Assembly (NCBI GenBank): GCA_019414205.1
Contig: DXML01000020.1
Location: forward strand, 50,180 to 114,179
Length of the DNA stretch: 64,000 bases
DNA from: Collinsella sp.
Lineage (GTDB): Bacteria; Actinomycetota; Coriobacteriia; Coriobacteriales; Coriobacteriaceae
Direction of reading: 5' to 3'
Every line of letters starts with the position of its first letter. The first letter of the stretch is position 1. A program made the translations under genes and the position numbers. Shown piece after piece: positions 45,977 through 57,280 of the stretch. The notes under the pieces were generated by a model. That model made no database searches. It saw only the letters and a program-made list of their open reading frames with translations, and was not told where the DNA came from.

Positions 45977-46714
45977 TTATTTTACTGCAAACTCCGGGCT
46001 AAATACTACCCTGCCCAGGCGAACGAGCGTAGAGCCCTCCTCAAGGGCAGGCTCAAAGTCCTCGCTCATGCCGCAGGAAAGCTCAGGCAGGTTCAAATCG
46101 GGATGCGCCGCCTCCAGCTCATCCCTCAGCTCACGAAGCCCCGCAAAGGCGCGGCGTGCCACATCCTTATTCCCCCGGGGCGCCATAGTCATAAGCCCCT
46201 GTACGCAAATTCCCTCAAGTTCCGCAAGCTCACCCGCGGCGGCGCGAATCTCATCGGGCGAAAAGCCTCCCTTCGACTCCTCACCACTCACATTGACCTC
46301 AATGAGCACACGCTGGGGGCCGGCGAGCTCGCCTGCCTCAATCTTGCGGACAGCACGGCTCGAGATCGCCTGCGCCAGATGCAGCGAACCCACCGAGTGA
46401 ATCAGCTCGGCTGAGCCCAGCACCGCATTGATCTTATTGGTCTGCAGGTTGCCGATCATATCGAAGCGCACCTCGGGCAGCTCCGGATGCTCCGCCAGAC
46501 CCGTGAGCTTGCGAACCAGCTCCTGCGGGCGGTTCTCGGCAAAATGGCGATACCCCGCCTGGATGGCAGCAACAGTCTCATCGACACCAACGGTCTTGGA
46601 CACGGCAATGAGGCGCGCGGCGTCGTGGGGGCGGCCCGCGCGATCGAGCACCGCATAAAAACGTTCCAGAATCTGCTCGCGGCGAGCGCGCATCAAATCC
46701 AAATAGTTATCCAT
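45977..46714 (-). CDS. yggS: YggS-family PLP homeostasis protein
   Basis: LIAVSKTV (PLP Lys), GYRHFAENRPQE, HMIGNLQTNK, LSCGMSEDFE. Start ATG 46714. Confidence 0.85.
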   Translation of the reverse strand: MDNYLDLMRARREQILERFYAVLDRAGRPHDAARLIAVSKTVGVDETVAAIQAGYRHFAENRPQELVRKLTGLAEHPELPEVRFDMIGNLQTNKINAVLGSAELIHSVGSLHLAQAISSRAVRKIEAGELAGPQRVLIEVNVSGEESKGGFSPDEIRAAAGELAELEGICVQGLMTMAPRGNKDVARRAFAGLRELRDELEAAHPDLNLPELSCGMSEDFEPALEEGSTLVRLGRVVFSPEFAVK

Positions 46715-46764
46715 TGCCAATCGCCTCCGCTGACAGCCAAACAAGTAGTCCCATGCTAACGCAA

Positions 46765-46796
46765 GAGCGCGGCCCCGCATGTGCAAGGCCGCGCTC
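46765..46796 (-). terminator. GC-rich hairpin after phoU (weak U-tract)
   Basis: Minus strand GAGCGCGGCC-loop-GGCCGCGCTC followed by TTGCGTT. Confidence 0.5.
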
Positions 46797-46833
46797 ACTT
46801 AGGTATTTACAATCTTTCGACGAACGGGGCTAC

Positions 46834-47691
46834 TTACTCCTCGTCGTCCTCGCCATCGTCCTCGTCCTCAAGATGATCGAGCAGGTAGCGAAGACCCTCG
46901 CTGACCTCGTTGGCGGGCACCTTGGCAACGTAGCGCGCGTCGACGGCGGGCCTCATGATAACACCCTCGCCCGAAGGCACGCGCATGCTCTCGAGCTCAT
47001 CCTCGTCCACACGGGCGATATCGCCGGCGTTCATACGCTGACCAGTCAACAGGAAGGTCAGACGGCAAGCGGCATCGATGGAAATCGAAGCGATGCGATC
47101 GAGGTAGCGCGAAACCATGATGGCGCGGCGCAGGTCGTCATAGTTGCTGTCGTCGTCCATAAAGTCGCCCGTATCCATACGGTTAAAGGTGCGGAAGAAC
47201 TTCTCGTAGGCAGCGTGCACTGGCTCGTCCTCGACGGCCAGGTTGCAGATGATGGACATATCATTGGTGACGAGCGCAGAAAGCGAAGAGCCCAGCACCT
47301 GGTAGACGGCCTCAGCCTCGGCCTCAACCGTGCCGACAAGCTCCTTGGGCAGCGAGATGTCGGCCTTGATCATATGACGCGTGGCACGGCAGATCTGACG
47401 GACCTTATCGGTCATGCGCTGCAGGTTAAAGTCGACGTAGATGATCGTCTGAAGCAGGCGGAAGTCGGAGGCGACCGGTGACTGCGTGGCGATCAGGTTG
47501 TAGCAGACGGCCTCCAGGTTGGCGCAGCGCGCGTCAATCGAAAGCGTGCGCTTCTTGGTCTTGGTGGCGAGCTTGCGGTCGTCGGTCACATAGGCCTTCA
47601 CGGCATCGTGGAGGGCTAGATCGACGGCCTCATAGATGCTCAGCATCTCGTGACGGGCCTCGACGAGCTGACGGGAAAACAGTTTGCGCAT
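46834..47691 (-). CDS. phoU: Phosphate signalling regulator PhoU with an acidic C-terminal extension
   Basis: Two PhoU repeats; follows pstB. The tail ends ...LEDEDDGEDDEE. Confidence 0.8.
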   Translation of the reverse strand: MRKLFSRQLVEARHEMLSIYEAVDLALHDAVKAYVTDDRKLATKTKKRTLSIDARCANLEAVCYNLIATQSPVASDFRLLQTIIYVDFNLQRMTDKVRQICRATRHMIKADISLPKELVGTVEAEAEAVYQVLGSSLSALVTNDMSIICNLAVEDEPVHAAYEKFFRTFNRMDTGDFMDDDSNYDDLRRAIMVSRYLDRIASISIDAACRLTFLLTGQRMNAGDIARVDEDELESMRVPSGEGVIMRPAVDARYVAKVPANEVSEGLRYLLDHLEDEDDGEDDEE

Positions 47692-47783
47692 GGTTCACTC
47701 CAATCAGTTGGGTGCGGTCATGCCGCCCGCACAGTGAATACGCACCGGACTAGGTCCGATCGGCTTGGGACTAGTCGCACCGA

Positions 47784-48587
<804 letters not shown>

Positions 48588-48599
48588 GGGACTCCTTAA

Positions 48600-49505
48600 C
48601 TAGCGACGCTTGCGCGACAGGAAGCGCGCAAACAGGTTGAAGGCCAGAATGATCACCATCAGCAAGAGCGCGGTGCCGTAGGCTGCGTTCATGTTGATGC
48701 CATCGTTGGCAAGCAGGTACAGGTGAACCGTCATGGGGCGGCCGGAATCGAGCGGCGAAATAGGTAGATTGATGGCTTGGCCCATGGTGTAGAGCACCAC
48801 CGCGGTCTCGCCAATGGCGCGGCCGATGGCGAGGACGATGCCCGTGGCAATACGGCCAAAGGCAGAAGGAAGCACAATCTTGGAGACAACCTGCCACTTG
48901 GTGGCGCCCAGGCCGTACGCGCCCCAACGGATATAGCGCGGGACGGCGCGAATGGCCTCTTCGGTGGTGCGCATGACGATGGGAAGCATCAAGAGCGCGA
49001 GCGCCAGAGCGGCCGAGACCATCGAAAGGCCCAGGCCCATGGCCTCGACAAACAAGGCGTAGCCAAACAGGCCCATAACGATGGAGGGCACCGAGGCCAA
49101 AGCGTCAGCAGCGTAGCGAATGAGCTCGACGACCTTGCCCTGCTTGGCGTACTCGGCCAGATAGACGGCTGCCAGCACAGCAATCGGCGTGCAGATAAGC
49201 ATGGCGAGCGCCGTCACATAGACGGTCGAGACGATCGTGGGCCAAATTCCGCCCTCGGCGTTGACGCCCTGGGGCCAACCGAAGATAAAGTCGAGCGAGA
49301 TATGCGGCAGGCCGTTAATGACCACATAGGCAATGATAGCGACAAGCACCAGCGTGGTGATGTATGCCGCGGCACGGAACACGCCAAGCATGATCTTGTT
49401 GGACAGGTCCTTGTTGATGCGGCCCTTCTTGCCATGGGAAAGGGCACGCTTGATGCGCTCGCGCGACGAGGTCGTATCGACCGTCGTGTCAACGGAATCG
49501 GACAT
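48600..49505 (-). CDS. pstA: Phosphate ABC transporter permease PstA
   Basis: Second permease of the operon, with an EAA-loop-like region (EEAIRAVPRYIRWGAYGLGATKWQ). Confidence 0.85.
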   Translation of the reverse strand: MSDSVDTTVDTTSSRERIKRALSHGKKGRINKDLSNKIMLGVFRAAAYITTLVLVAIIAYVVINGLPHISLDFIFGWPQGVNAEGGIWPTIVSTVYVTALAMLICTPIAVLAAVYLAEYAKQGKVVELIRYAADALASVPSIVMGLFGYALFVEAMGLGLSMVSAALALALLMLPIVMRTTEEAIRAVPRYIRWGAYGLGATKWQVVSKIVLPSAFGRIATGIVLAIGRAIGETAVVLYTMGQAINLPISPLDSGRPMTVHLYLLANDGINMNAAYGTALLLMVIILAFNLFARFLSRKRR

Positions 49506-49508
49506 AGC

Positions 49509-50444
49509 CTACCCCCTCTTCTTCTTGGAAATCAGACGGACGATGCCCACCAGCGTGGCGGAGATGATAAACAGGACCACGCCCATGCCGAACAGCGCCG
49601 AGCGGTGCAGACCCGAGGAATAGCTCATGTCGAGCGCGATCTGGCTCGTGAGCGTCGAGATGGGGCTCGCAATGCTGTCGGGAATAACCGGGGCGTTACC
49701 CACGACCATGAGCACGGCCATGGTCTCGCCGATGGCACGGCCCATACCCAGCACGATGGCATCCACGATACCCAGCTTGGCGGCAGGTAGCACGACCTTA
49801 TAGATGGTCTGCCACTTAGTAGCACCCATGGCATACGATGCCTCGCGAATACCCATGGGAATGGAATTGAGGGCATCGATGGTGAGCGTGGTGATGGTAG
49901 GGACGATCATGATGGCAAGCACGAACCACGCCGTCAGCGCACCAAAACCAAGACCACCGGTCAGTTGCGCGATAAACGGACGGATGATGATCATGCCAAA
50001 GAAGCCATAGATGATAGAAGGGATGCCGGCCAACAGGTCAACGGCAGGGCTGATGAGCTTGCGCACGCGCTTGCTGGCGATCTCGACCAGATACACGGCC
50101 GTGCCCACGCCTAGGGGCACACCCATGGCGAGCGCACCGACGGTCACCAGACCCGAGCCGGCAAGCAGCGACACGATGCCGTAGTGGCCCTCAGAGGGCG
50201 CCCACGTAAAGCTAAAGAAGTCCGCCAGACCGATGTCGGTAAAGACGGGCAGCGCCGAGTACGTGGTAAAGACAAAAATCAGGATGACGGTAACAACCGC
50301 CAAGAACGCGCAGGCAAAGAAAATCCACTGCAGCGCCTTCTCCTTGATATAGGTGCTGCGCGATACGAGCGCCAGCTCGCGCTTCTTGGGCGCCTGAGCA
50401 TTCTGCTCAGTCTGGGAGTTTTCCTGTGCTTCCATGCTACTCAC
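49509..50444 (-). CDS. pstC: Phosphate ABC transporter permease PstC
   Basis: First permease after pstS (REASYAMGATKWQTIYKVVLP). Confidence 0.85.
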   Translation of the reverse strand: MSSMEAQENSQTEQNAQAPKKRELALVSRSTYIKEKALQWIFFACAFLAVVTVILIFVFTTYSALPVFTDIGLADFFSFTWAPSEGHYGIVSLLAGSGLVTVGALAMGVPLGVGTAVYLVEIASKRVRKLISPAVDLLAGIPSIIYGFFGMIIIRPFIAQLTGGLGFGALTAWFVLAIMIVPTITTLTIDALNSIPMGIREASYAMGATKWQTIYKVVLPAAKLGIVDAIVLGMGRAIGETMAVLMVVGNAPVIPDSIASPISTLTSQIALDMSYSSGLHRSALFGMGVVLFIISATLVGIVRLISKKKRG

Positions 50445-51273
50445 TCCCCTTCTCGTCGTTGGTGACGGGAATAAAGCCCGCCTCGCGAATCTGCTTGTCC
50501 ATCTTTTCGGACGTCACGTAGTCGATGTAATCCTGCGCCTGCTGCGAAGGCGCACCCTTCACAAAGAAGTAAAGGTCGCGCGAGATGGGATAGCCGCCAC
50601 TCGCGACCGTCTTCTCGGACGCCTCAACATGATTGACCGAGACGGCCTTGACCGAGGTCTTGGCGTTGAGGCTATCGACGAAGCCCAGCGAAATGTAGCC
50701 GATAGCCCCGCGCGAACGAGATACCACGTCGCGCACCTGGCCCGTGCCCGAAAGAACGGCGGAGCGGCGATCGAACGGGGTGCCGTCCATCACGATGGTG
50801 CGGAAGGCTTCACGCGTGCCAGACGCCTCATCTCGGTTGATAACCTGAATCCTCAGGTCCTCGCCACCGACTTCTTTCCAGTTGGTGATCTTGCCGGCAT
50901 AGATATCGCGGAGCTGCTCGGTCGAGAGGTTATCGACGGGGTTGTCTTCGTTCACGATGACCGCGATACCGTCGTGGGCAATGACGATGGGAGTCAGGCC
51001 CAGATCCTGTTCGTCGGCATTGAGTCCACGGGAGGAGCTGGCGATATCGGCCGTGCCAGCGCTGACGGCTTCGATGCCAGCGGAAGAGCCCAAACCGGAA
51101 ACGAGCACGTCGATGCCGGTCTCCTCCTTAAAGCCCTCTGCCGCAATTTCGGCGATAGGAAGGCAGGTCGTGGAGCCGGCCACGGTAATGGAAGAGGTAG
51201 AAGATCCCGAAGAACAGGCGCACAGCGTAAGCGTAAGCACAGCGGCGCTCAGGACCGATACGATCTTTCTCAT
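50437..51273 (-). CDS. pstS: Phosphate-binding lipoprotein PstS
   Basis: Lipobox LTLCACSSG. GSTTCLP...GLGSSAGIEAV...PBP2 fold pattern. Its ATG overlaps the pgeF stop (ATGA). Confidence 0.85.
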   Translation of the reverse strand: MRKIVSVLSAAVLTLTLCACSSGSSTSSITVAGSTTCLPIAEIAAEGFKEETGIDVLVSGLGSSAGIEAVSAGTADIASSSRGLNADEQDLGLTPIVIAHDGIAVIVNEDNPVDNLSTEQLRDIYAGKITNWKEVGGEDLRIQVINRDEASGTREAFRTIVMDGTPFDRRSAVLSGTGQVRDVVSRSRGAIGYISLGFVDSLNAKTSVKAVSVNHVEASEKTVASGGYPISRDLYFFVKGAPSQQAQDYIDYVTSEKMDKQIREAGFIPVTNDEKGSE

Positions 51274-52070
51274 AGCATCACGCCGATCGCAGCATGGCGC
51301 CCACAGGTGCCGTCCTCGTTACGGTAGGAATAAAAGCGGTCGTTCTGACGCACAGTCGAAAGCTGGGTATCCACGATATTATCCGCGTCCACACCGGCAT
51401 CTACCAGCGCCTCACAAATGGCAGCGGAAAGATCGAGCATGCGAGAGGCACTCGCATCGATGCAAGAGAACTCGACGGCAAAGCGATCCATGAGTTCCTG
51501 GGATACCTCATATTCGTCAGCCAAGATATGGGGGCCGATATAGGCGGAAACGTCGCTCGCATCGCAGCCGGCAGCATCGCAAAGCGCCTGGCACGCCTTG
51601 GCAGAAATACGTGCAATCGTGCCCTTCCAACCGGAGTGCACCACGGCAAATCCGCCAGGGGCCACCAGCACCACGGGAACGCAGTCGGCAAAGCAGAGCA
51701 GCACGGGCACGTCATGGGCCGTACAGACGATGGCATCGCAGCCCTCGGCAATCTGCTCGCGAACAGCCTCAAGATCGTCGGCGCCGTTCGAAGTCACCGT
51801 AACGATATGGTCACCATGTACCTGATTGGGCACGAGCAGATTATGCTCGCACTCAGTGGCGCCCATAGCTTCGAGCGCTCGACGACGATTTTCTTGAACA
51901 GCAAAGGGGTCATCGCCTACATGCGAGCCCAGGTTGAGCGAGGAGTACGCATCTTCAGAAACGCCACCGGTGCGCTCGGTAAAGGCAAAGCGGACATCGG
52001 ATGTCGCGCCCTCCACCAACGTAACTCCATCATGGTCGACACGCGAAACGTTGTCCGCACGTGCTGCCAT
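51270..52070 (-). CDS. pgeF: Peptidoglycan editing factor PgeF (YfiH/DUF152 laccase-domain protein)
   Basis: FTERTGGVSEDAYSSLNLG, QVHGDHIV, ADCVPV, HSGWKG. Start ATG 52070 (SD AGGAGG). Confidence 0.85.
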   Translation of the reverse strand: MAARADNVSRVDHDGVTLVEGATSDVRFAFTERTGGVSEDAYSSLNLGSHVGDDPFAVQENRRRALEAMGATECEHNLLVPNQVHGDHIVTVTSNGADDLEAVREQIAEGCDAIVCTAHDVPVLLCFADCVPVVLVAPGGFAVVHSGWKGTIARISAKACQALCDAAGCDASDVSAYIGPHILADEYEVSQELMDRFAVEFSCIDASASRMLDLSAAICEALVDAGVDADNIVDTQLSTVRQNDRFYSYRNEDGTCGRHAAIGVML

Positions 52071-52280
52071 ACTAAAGCCTCCTAATAACACAAGTACCGC
52101 GGCGTCGCCGCGCAGTCCGCGTTTATACGGCTGTCATACTTCCTTAAAAGGATACCCGCAGCGGTAGGGACCAAACGTAAAGGGAACGTAAGGAGATTGG
52201 AGGCTTTCGTTTACAAACGAGAAACAAAACGGGGTGCATCCAAATGGACACACCCCGTGCAGGTCGTTGAGAAAAACGAA

Positions 52281-53435
52281 CTAGAAGCTACCGCGCTTCA
52301 GGAAGTCGGGAAGCTCGAACTGGTCGTTGCCAAAGTTGGGCAGCTCGGTACCACCGACGTTGCGGGTCGGAGCGGCCTGAGCCGGGCTGGCAGCCGGAGC
52401 GGTGCGCTGCGGCTCAGCGGAGGCAGCGGCCTTGCTCTGAGACTGCTGAGCAGCAAAGAGCTCATCCTGACGGTTGACGTTGGAGTCGGAGAAGCCCGTA
52501 GCGATGACGGTGATACGCACCTGATCGCCCAGGGACTCGTCGACAACGGTACCGAAGATGATGTTGGCCTCGGGGTCGACGGCGTTGGCGACAACGTCGG
52601 CGGCGTCGCTGATCTCCTGGATGCCCAGGTCCTTGGAACCGGCGATGGAGAGCAGCACGCGCGTGGCACCATCGATGGAGCTCTCGAGCAGCGGGCTGGA
52701 GATGGCCTGCTGGGCAGCGTCGACGGCACGAGTATCCCCAGAAGAGGTACCGATACCCATCATGGCGGTACCGGCCTGCTTCATGATGGTCTTAACATCG
52801 GCGAAGTCCAGGTTGATGATACCGGGGACGGTGATGAGGTCGGTGATGCCCTGGGTGCCCTGGGAAAGGACGCCATCGGCAATCGCGAAGGCCTCGAGCA
52901 TGGTGGTCTTCTTCTCGGCGATGTCGAGCAGCTTATCGTTAGGGATGACGATCATGGTGTCGACGCAATCGGAGAGGGTCTTGATGCCCTCCTCGGCGCT
53001 CTTCTTGCGCTTGCGGCCCTCGAAGGTGAAGGGCTTGGTCACGACGGCGACGGTCAGTGCGCCGACCTCGTTCATCGCGATATCGGCAACGATGGGAGCA
53101 GCGCCGGTACCGGTGCCACCGCCCTCACCGCAGGTGATAAACACCATGTCGGCGCCAGCAAGCGCCTCGGCAATGTCGTCGCGGGACTCATCGGCAGCCT
53201 TGCGGCCAACCTCGGGGTTGGCGCCGGCGCCCAGGCCGCGGGTAAGGTCGGTGCCGATGTGCACCTTGATATCGGCATCAGAGATCGCGAGTGCCTGAGC
53301 ATCGGTGTTGATGGCAACAAACTCGACGCCGCGGATACCCTCTTCGATCATTCGATTGACCGCGTTGGTACCGCCGCCGCCGACGCCGACCACCTTAATG
53401 ACGGCAAGGTAGTTGTTGATCTCTGTCTCGTGCAT
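52281..53435 (-). CDS. ftsZ: Cell division GTPase FtsZ
   Basis: [27 protein letters not shown]. Start ATG 53435 (SD GGAGGA). Confidence 0.95.
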   Translation of the reverse strand: MHETEINNYLAVIKVVGVGGGGTNAVNRMIEEGIRGVEFVAINTDAQALAISDADIKVHIGTDLTRGLGAGANPEVGRKAADESRDDIAEALAGADMVFITCGEGGGTGTGAAPIVADIAMNEVGALTVAVVTKPFTFEGRKRKKSAEEGIKTLSDCVDTMIVIPNDKLLDIAEKKTTMLEAFAIADGVLSQGTQGITDLITVPGIINLDFADVKTIMKQAGTAMMGIGTSSGDTRAVDAAQQAISSPLLESSIDGATRVLLSIAGSKDLGIQEISDAADVVANAVDPEANIIFGTVVDESLGDQVRITVIATGFSDSNVNRQDELFAAQQSQSKAAASAEPQRTAPAASPAQAAPTRNVGGTELPNFGNDQFELPDFLKRGSF

Positions 53436-53634
53436 GTCGGTCCTCCGAACAAAGGTTATAGCCATAGCATGGGTCGACCCCTGCGCACATTAACCTTCAG
53501 GTTGAAAGTAAATGCAAAGGTAAACCGTATTATGTTTGCACATTATGAACGTATCAGTCAAATAATTGACCGTGAAAACCAAACAAACCAGATAAACGGC
53601 GTGGTATGGCCCCTCAACAAAGCATCAACCAGCG

Positions 53635-54891
53635 CTACGAGGTCGGAGCATTCCTAAATGTGTAGTTGCCCGGAGAGCGCACATTGATATACGTTACGCC
53701 CTCTACCTGCGAAAGCAACTTGGTGACTACGCGTTCCTTCTTGGCGATATCGTCCGAATCGCCCAGCGACACCTCAATGCCGTTATTGAGGTTTGCCGAG
53801 ATGGCTTCGACCGAAGGCGTGGAAATATCCTTGACTTGTCCCAAGAACTCGCTCGAAAAACCACGCACATAATCCAGGCCGGCCTTAACGGCTTTGGAGT
53901 TCACCGCCTGGCCGGAAACCGGAGCGACATCCGCCGAGACATCAGTCAACAACACCGCGCCATAATGCTTGGCGAGCGCCAGCGCGGCATCGATTCCGGT
54001 CAAGGTATTTGAGCCCTGCCCTGTCGTGATGACGTTGCCCTGGTCGTCCACTTCGACCGACGTCGACAGCGGGGCGATCCAGGTGTCATCGTCTCCGATA
54101 GCCCAGGCAAGGTCGTCGGAGCTGATATACGCAATGGCGATAACTTTACGCTCCGTCGGCGTGATGATAAGCGTATGGGGAAACTGGCGCTGGACATCCA
54201 CGCCCGAAACCCACGGGTTCTGCTTGAGATCCTCGGTAATCTGGTCGGGATCGACGTTAAAAAGCGACGTTCCCTCGGGCAAGTCGATCAGCTGGATAGC
54301 ATCGTGCTTCGTCACATGCTCGCTGCCTTGAATCTGAATATCAGTGGCAGTAAACAGTCCAGAGTTGATCACCACGATGGCAACGACGACGAGCACGGCC
54401 AAGACGGCCAGAACGCCGCCCACGATTTTGCCTTTGCCTGTAACGACAGAAGCGGCGTCTGATGTTTTATTTGCCATCGCTCCAAGTGAAGATAACGGGT
54501 TGAAACCTTTTTTACTCGAAGGCTTCTTGGCGGTAGCCGGCACCGATGTCAGCGAGCGCGGTTTCGATGCGCCCAGCGTGCGACCTGGACGCGCCGCTTT
54601 AGTTCCCGTCGAGGGCTTGGGAGCTGCCATGGGACGGGCAGGCTTGGCGCCCATAACAGGCTTTGACGTCACAGAGGGACGCGAGGACTTTTTTGCGGCC
54701 GGACGATTACCGAGCTGCGAGCCGACGACCGGACGACTGGTCTGTCGAGCATGCCCGACAGACTTAGAGCGCGCGACGGTATTGCGTTGAGGTTTGGCAG
54801 GCGCGCCGGAACGCCCTCCGGCGCGGCGGAAGGTGGGTTTCGATGCTCTAGAAGCCGAGGAATTTAACTTCCGGTCTGAGCTCGATGCCAT
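53635..54891 (-). CDS. ftsQ: Cell division protein FtsQ/DivIB with a ~150-aa basic disordered N-terminus
   Basis: Position between murB and ftsZ. Single TM (VLAVLAVLVVVAIVVI) followed by a POTRA-like domain. Overlaps the murB 3' end by 44 nt. Confidence 0.8.
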   Translation of the reverse strand: MASSSDRKLNSSASRASKPTFRRAGGRSGAPAKPQRNTVARSKSVGHARQTSRPVVGSQLGNRPAAKKSSRPSVTSKPVMGAKPARPMAAPKPSTGTKAARPGRTLGASKPRSLTSVPATAKKPSSKKGFNPLSSLGAMANKTSDAASVVTGKGKIVGGVLAVLAVLVVVAIVVINSGLFTATDIQIQGSEHVTKHDAIQLIDLPEGTSLFNVDPDQITEDLKQNPWVSGVDVQRQFPHTLIITPTERKVIAIAYISSDDLAWAIGDDDTWIAPLSTSVEVDDQGNVITTGQGSNTLTGIDAALALAKHYGAVLLTDVSADVAPVSGQAVNSKAVKAGLDYVRGFSSEFLGQVKDISTPSVEAISANLNNGIEVSLGDSDDIAKKERVVTKLLSQVEGVTYINVRSPGNYTFRNAPTS

Positions 54892-55759
54892 ACGCCTCCC
54901 TCACCTTTCCGTGCACATGTCTAATAACCGCGGCAACGTCATCGGCCGAGGCAGTTCCGTTATTAACGATAAAATTAGCGTGAACGGGCGAAACTTCCGC
55001 GCCGCCAATCGAAAAACCCTTTAATCCACAATCCTCGATAAGCTTGCCCACACTCGCATCGGGCGGGTTGCGAAAGACAGACCCGCAGGATGCGCGACCC
55101 ATGGGCTGCGTACGCTTGCGCCTCGTCAGGTACCGCTCCATGCGCTCGCGAATATCGGCCTTGGGCGCCGGTTTAAGCTTGAGCACGCACTCGAGGATGA
55201 TCTCATTGCGGGGAAGGCTACATTCGCGGTAGCCCCAAGTGATCTCGGACCCCGCATAATGCTTGATACCGGATGCCGGGTCAAACGTTACGACATCCTC
55301 AACCAGCGAGCCAATCCACTCGGTCCGTGTGCCGGCATTCATAGATATCGCACCGCCGACCGAGCCAGGGATGCCAACGGCAAACTCAAGGCCCGAGAGG
55401 CTACGCGACAGGGCATCGTTGACCAGGCGCGCAAACATCACGCCCGCACCGACCGTCAGCGTACAACCGTCATCGGCAACAACCGTGCGCTGAAACTCAC
55501 GTCCGAGCGAAATGACGGCACCGCGATAACCGTCATCGGCAACCAGCAGATTGGAGCCCTTGCCGATGATGACCCACGGCACCTGCTCGCGATCGAGCAC
55601 CGCCACGGCGCGGCGGAGGGCATGATAGCTATGGCACGTCACAAAGAGGTCGGCCTTGCCGCCGATACGATAGCTCGTATGACGCGCAAGGCGCTCGTCC
55701 TCGATCACATCCGTGTCGATCATGCCCGAGAGCGCCATGACGGCGTTAAACAGACCCAT
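54848..55759 (-). CDS. murB: UDP-N-acetylenolpyruvoylglucosamine reductase
   Basis: RLARHTSYRIGGKADLF, IIGKGSNLLV, AGVMFARL, GSVFRNP. Confidence 0.9.
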   Translation of the reverse strand: MGLFNAVMALSGMIDTDVIEDERLARHTSYRIGGKADLFVTCHSYHALRRAVAVLDREQVPWVIIGKGSNLLVADDGYRGAVISLGREFQRTVVADDGCTLTVGAGVMFARLVNDALSRSLSGLEFAVGIPGSVGGAISMNAGTRTEWIGSLVEDVVTFDPASGIKHYAGSEITWGYRECSLPRNEIILECVLKLKPAPKADIRERMERYLTRRKRTQPMGRASCGSVFRNPPDASVGKLIEDCGLKGFSIGGAEVSPVHANFIVNNGTASADDVAAVIRHVHGKVREAYGIELRPEVKFLGF

Positions 55760-55764
55760 TAGAC

Positions 55765-57183
55765 TTAAGCGTCTTTCTTGGCAGTCAGATACTCGATAAA
55801 CTCGGGACCGACGGTCGTAACGTCACCGGCACCCATGGTGAGCAGCAGGTCGCCCTCGCCCACCATCTGCTCGAGCTCCTGATTGAGCTCAAGACGGCTG
55901 GAGCAATACACGACCTCCTTGCCAGGATGCTTGGCGCGCACGGTATCGGCGAGCATCTTAGAGGTGACACCCGGAATGGGCATCTCGCCAGCCGAGAACA
56001 CATCAATCAGCAGCAGTTTATCGGCATTGGCAAATGCATCGGCAAAGTCATCGCACAGGGCCTGCAGGCGCGAATAGCGGTGCGGCTGGAACACGACGTC
56101 GACGTGCTTGTAGCCCAGCGACGAAGCGGCAGCAAGCGTCGCCTTGATCTCGGTGGGGTGATGGCCGTAATCATCGACCACGGTGATGCCATCGATATCG
56201 CCCACGTGGGTAAAGCGACGGCGGACGCCCTCAAAGCTCGAGAGCGCCTTGGCGGCGGCGTCGATGTCAAGGCCCAGGACATGGGCGACGGTGAGCACCG
56301 CCGTGGCGTTGAGCATGTTGTGGCGACCGGGATTGCTCTTGATCTCCACAGCGCGCTCAGTGCCGTCCTCAAAGCGAACGATAAAGTCACTCTGGATGCC
56401 CTTGACATCCGGGTGCATGCAGACGATGTCGTTGCTCTCGGCAAAGCCGTAGGAAAGCACGTGACGGCCCGTCGACTTGGCGAGCTCGACCAGATGCGGG
56501 TCCTCACCGCAGACGATGACGGTGCCGTCCTCGCCCACCAGGCTCATGAATTTGGCGAAAGTTGCCTCGATCTCCTCGATACCCGAGTAGTGATCGAGGT
56601 GGTCGGCCTCGACGTTGGTCACAATGACTACGTTGGGGTTCAGGAACAGGAAGGAGCTGTCGGACTCGTCGGCCTCGGCGACAAAGTAGTCGCCCGAGCC
56701 GTTCTTGCCGTTCGTGTCATAGCCCTCAACGATGCCACCGATCAGGAAGCTCGGATCCAGACCCATGCGGTCGAGCATGGTGGCACACATCGAAGACGTG
56801 GTGGTCTTGCCATGCGTGCCGGCAACAGCGACGGTGGTGTAGCCGTGGCCCAAAGCAGAGAGCATCTTGGCACGGGGCCACACGGGAATACCAAGCTCGC
56901 GAGCACGCACGAGTTCAGGGTTGGACTCCGGAATAGCGGTGGAGACAACAACCACGTCGGGCTTGACCTCGTCGATCGTGGCGGCCTCATGGCCCACATG
57001 CACCTTCACACCAGCGCGGGTAAGCTGGCGGATATAACGTGACGTCTTAAGGTCGGAGCCGGTAACGGCATAACCGCGCTCGTGCAGAACGAGGGCGATG
57101 CCGCTCATGCCGGCGCCGCCGATACCGATAAAGTGGGCGCTCTTAAACTCGGGCGCGGAGGTTGCAGTCTGGGAATCAGCCAT
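55765..57183 (-). CDS. murC: UDP-N-acetylmuramate--L-alanine ligase
   Basis: HFIGIGGAGMSGIALVL, VAGTHGKTTTSSM. Start ATG 57183. Confidence 0.9.
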   Translation of the reverse strand: MADSQTATSAPEFKSAHFIGIGGAGMSGIALVLHERGYAVTGSDLKTSRYIRQLTRAGVKVHVGHEAATIDEVKPDVVVVSTAIPESNPELVRARELGIPVWPRAKMLSALGHGYTTVAVAGTHGKTTTSSMCATMLDRMGLDPSFLIGGIVEGYDTNGKNGSGDYFVAEADESDSSFLFLNPNVVIVTNVEADHLDHYSGIEEIEATFAKFMSLVGEDGTVIVCGEDPHLVELAKSTGRHVLSYGFAESNDIVCMHPDVKGIQSDFIVRFEDGTERAVEIKSNPGRHNMLNATAVLTVAHVLGLDIDAAAKALSSFEGVRRRFTHVGDIDGITVVDDYGHHPTEIKATLAAASSLGYKHVDVVFQPHRYSRLQALCDDFADAFANADKLLLIDVFSAGEMPIPGVTSKMLADTVRAKHPGKEVVYCSSRLELNQELEQMVGEGDLLLTMGAGDVTTVGPEFIEYLTAKKDA

Positions 57184-57280
57184 GTGCTCGTGTACTCCTT
57201 GCGTAAACACTGCCTGTAACCCGTTAACTGTACCGCACCTACCGCATCAGCGCGAGGGCGACCGAAGATATCCCGTCTAA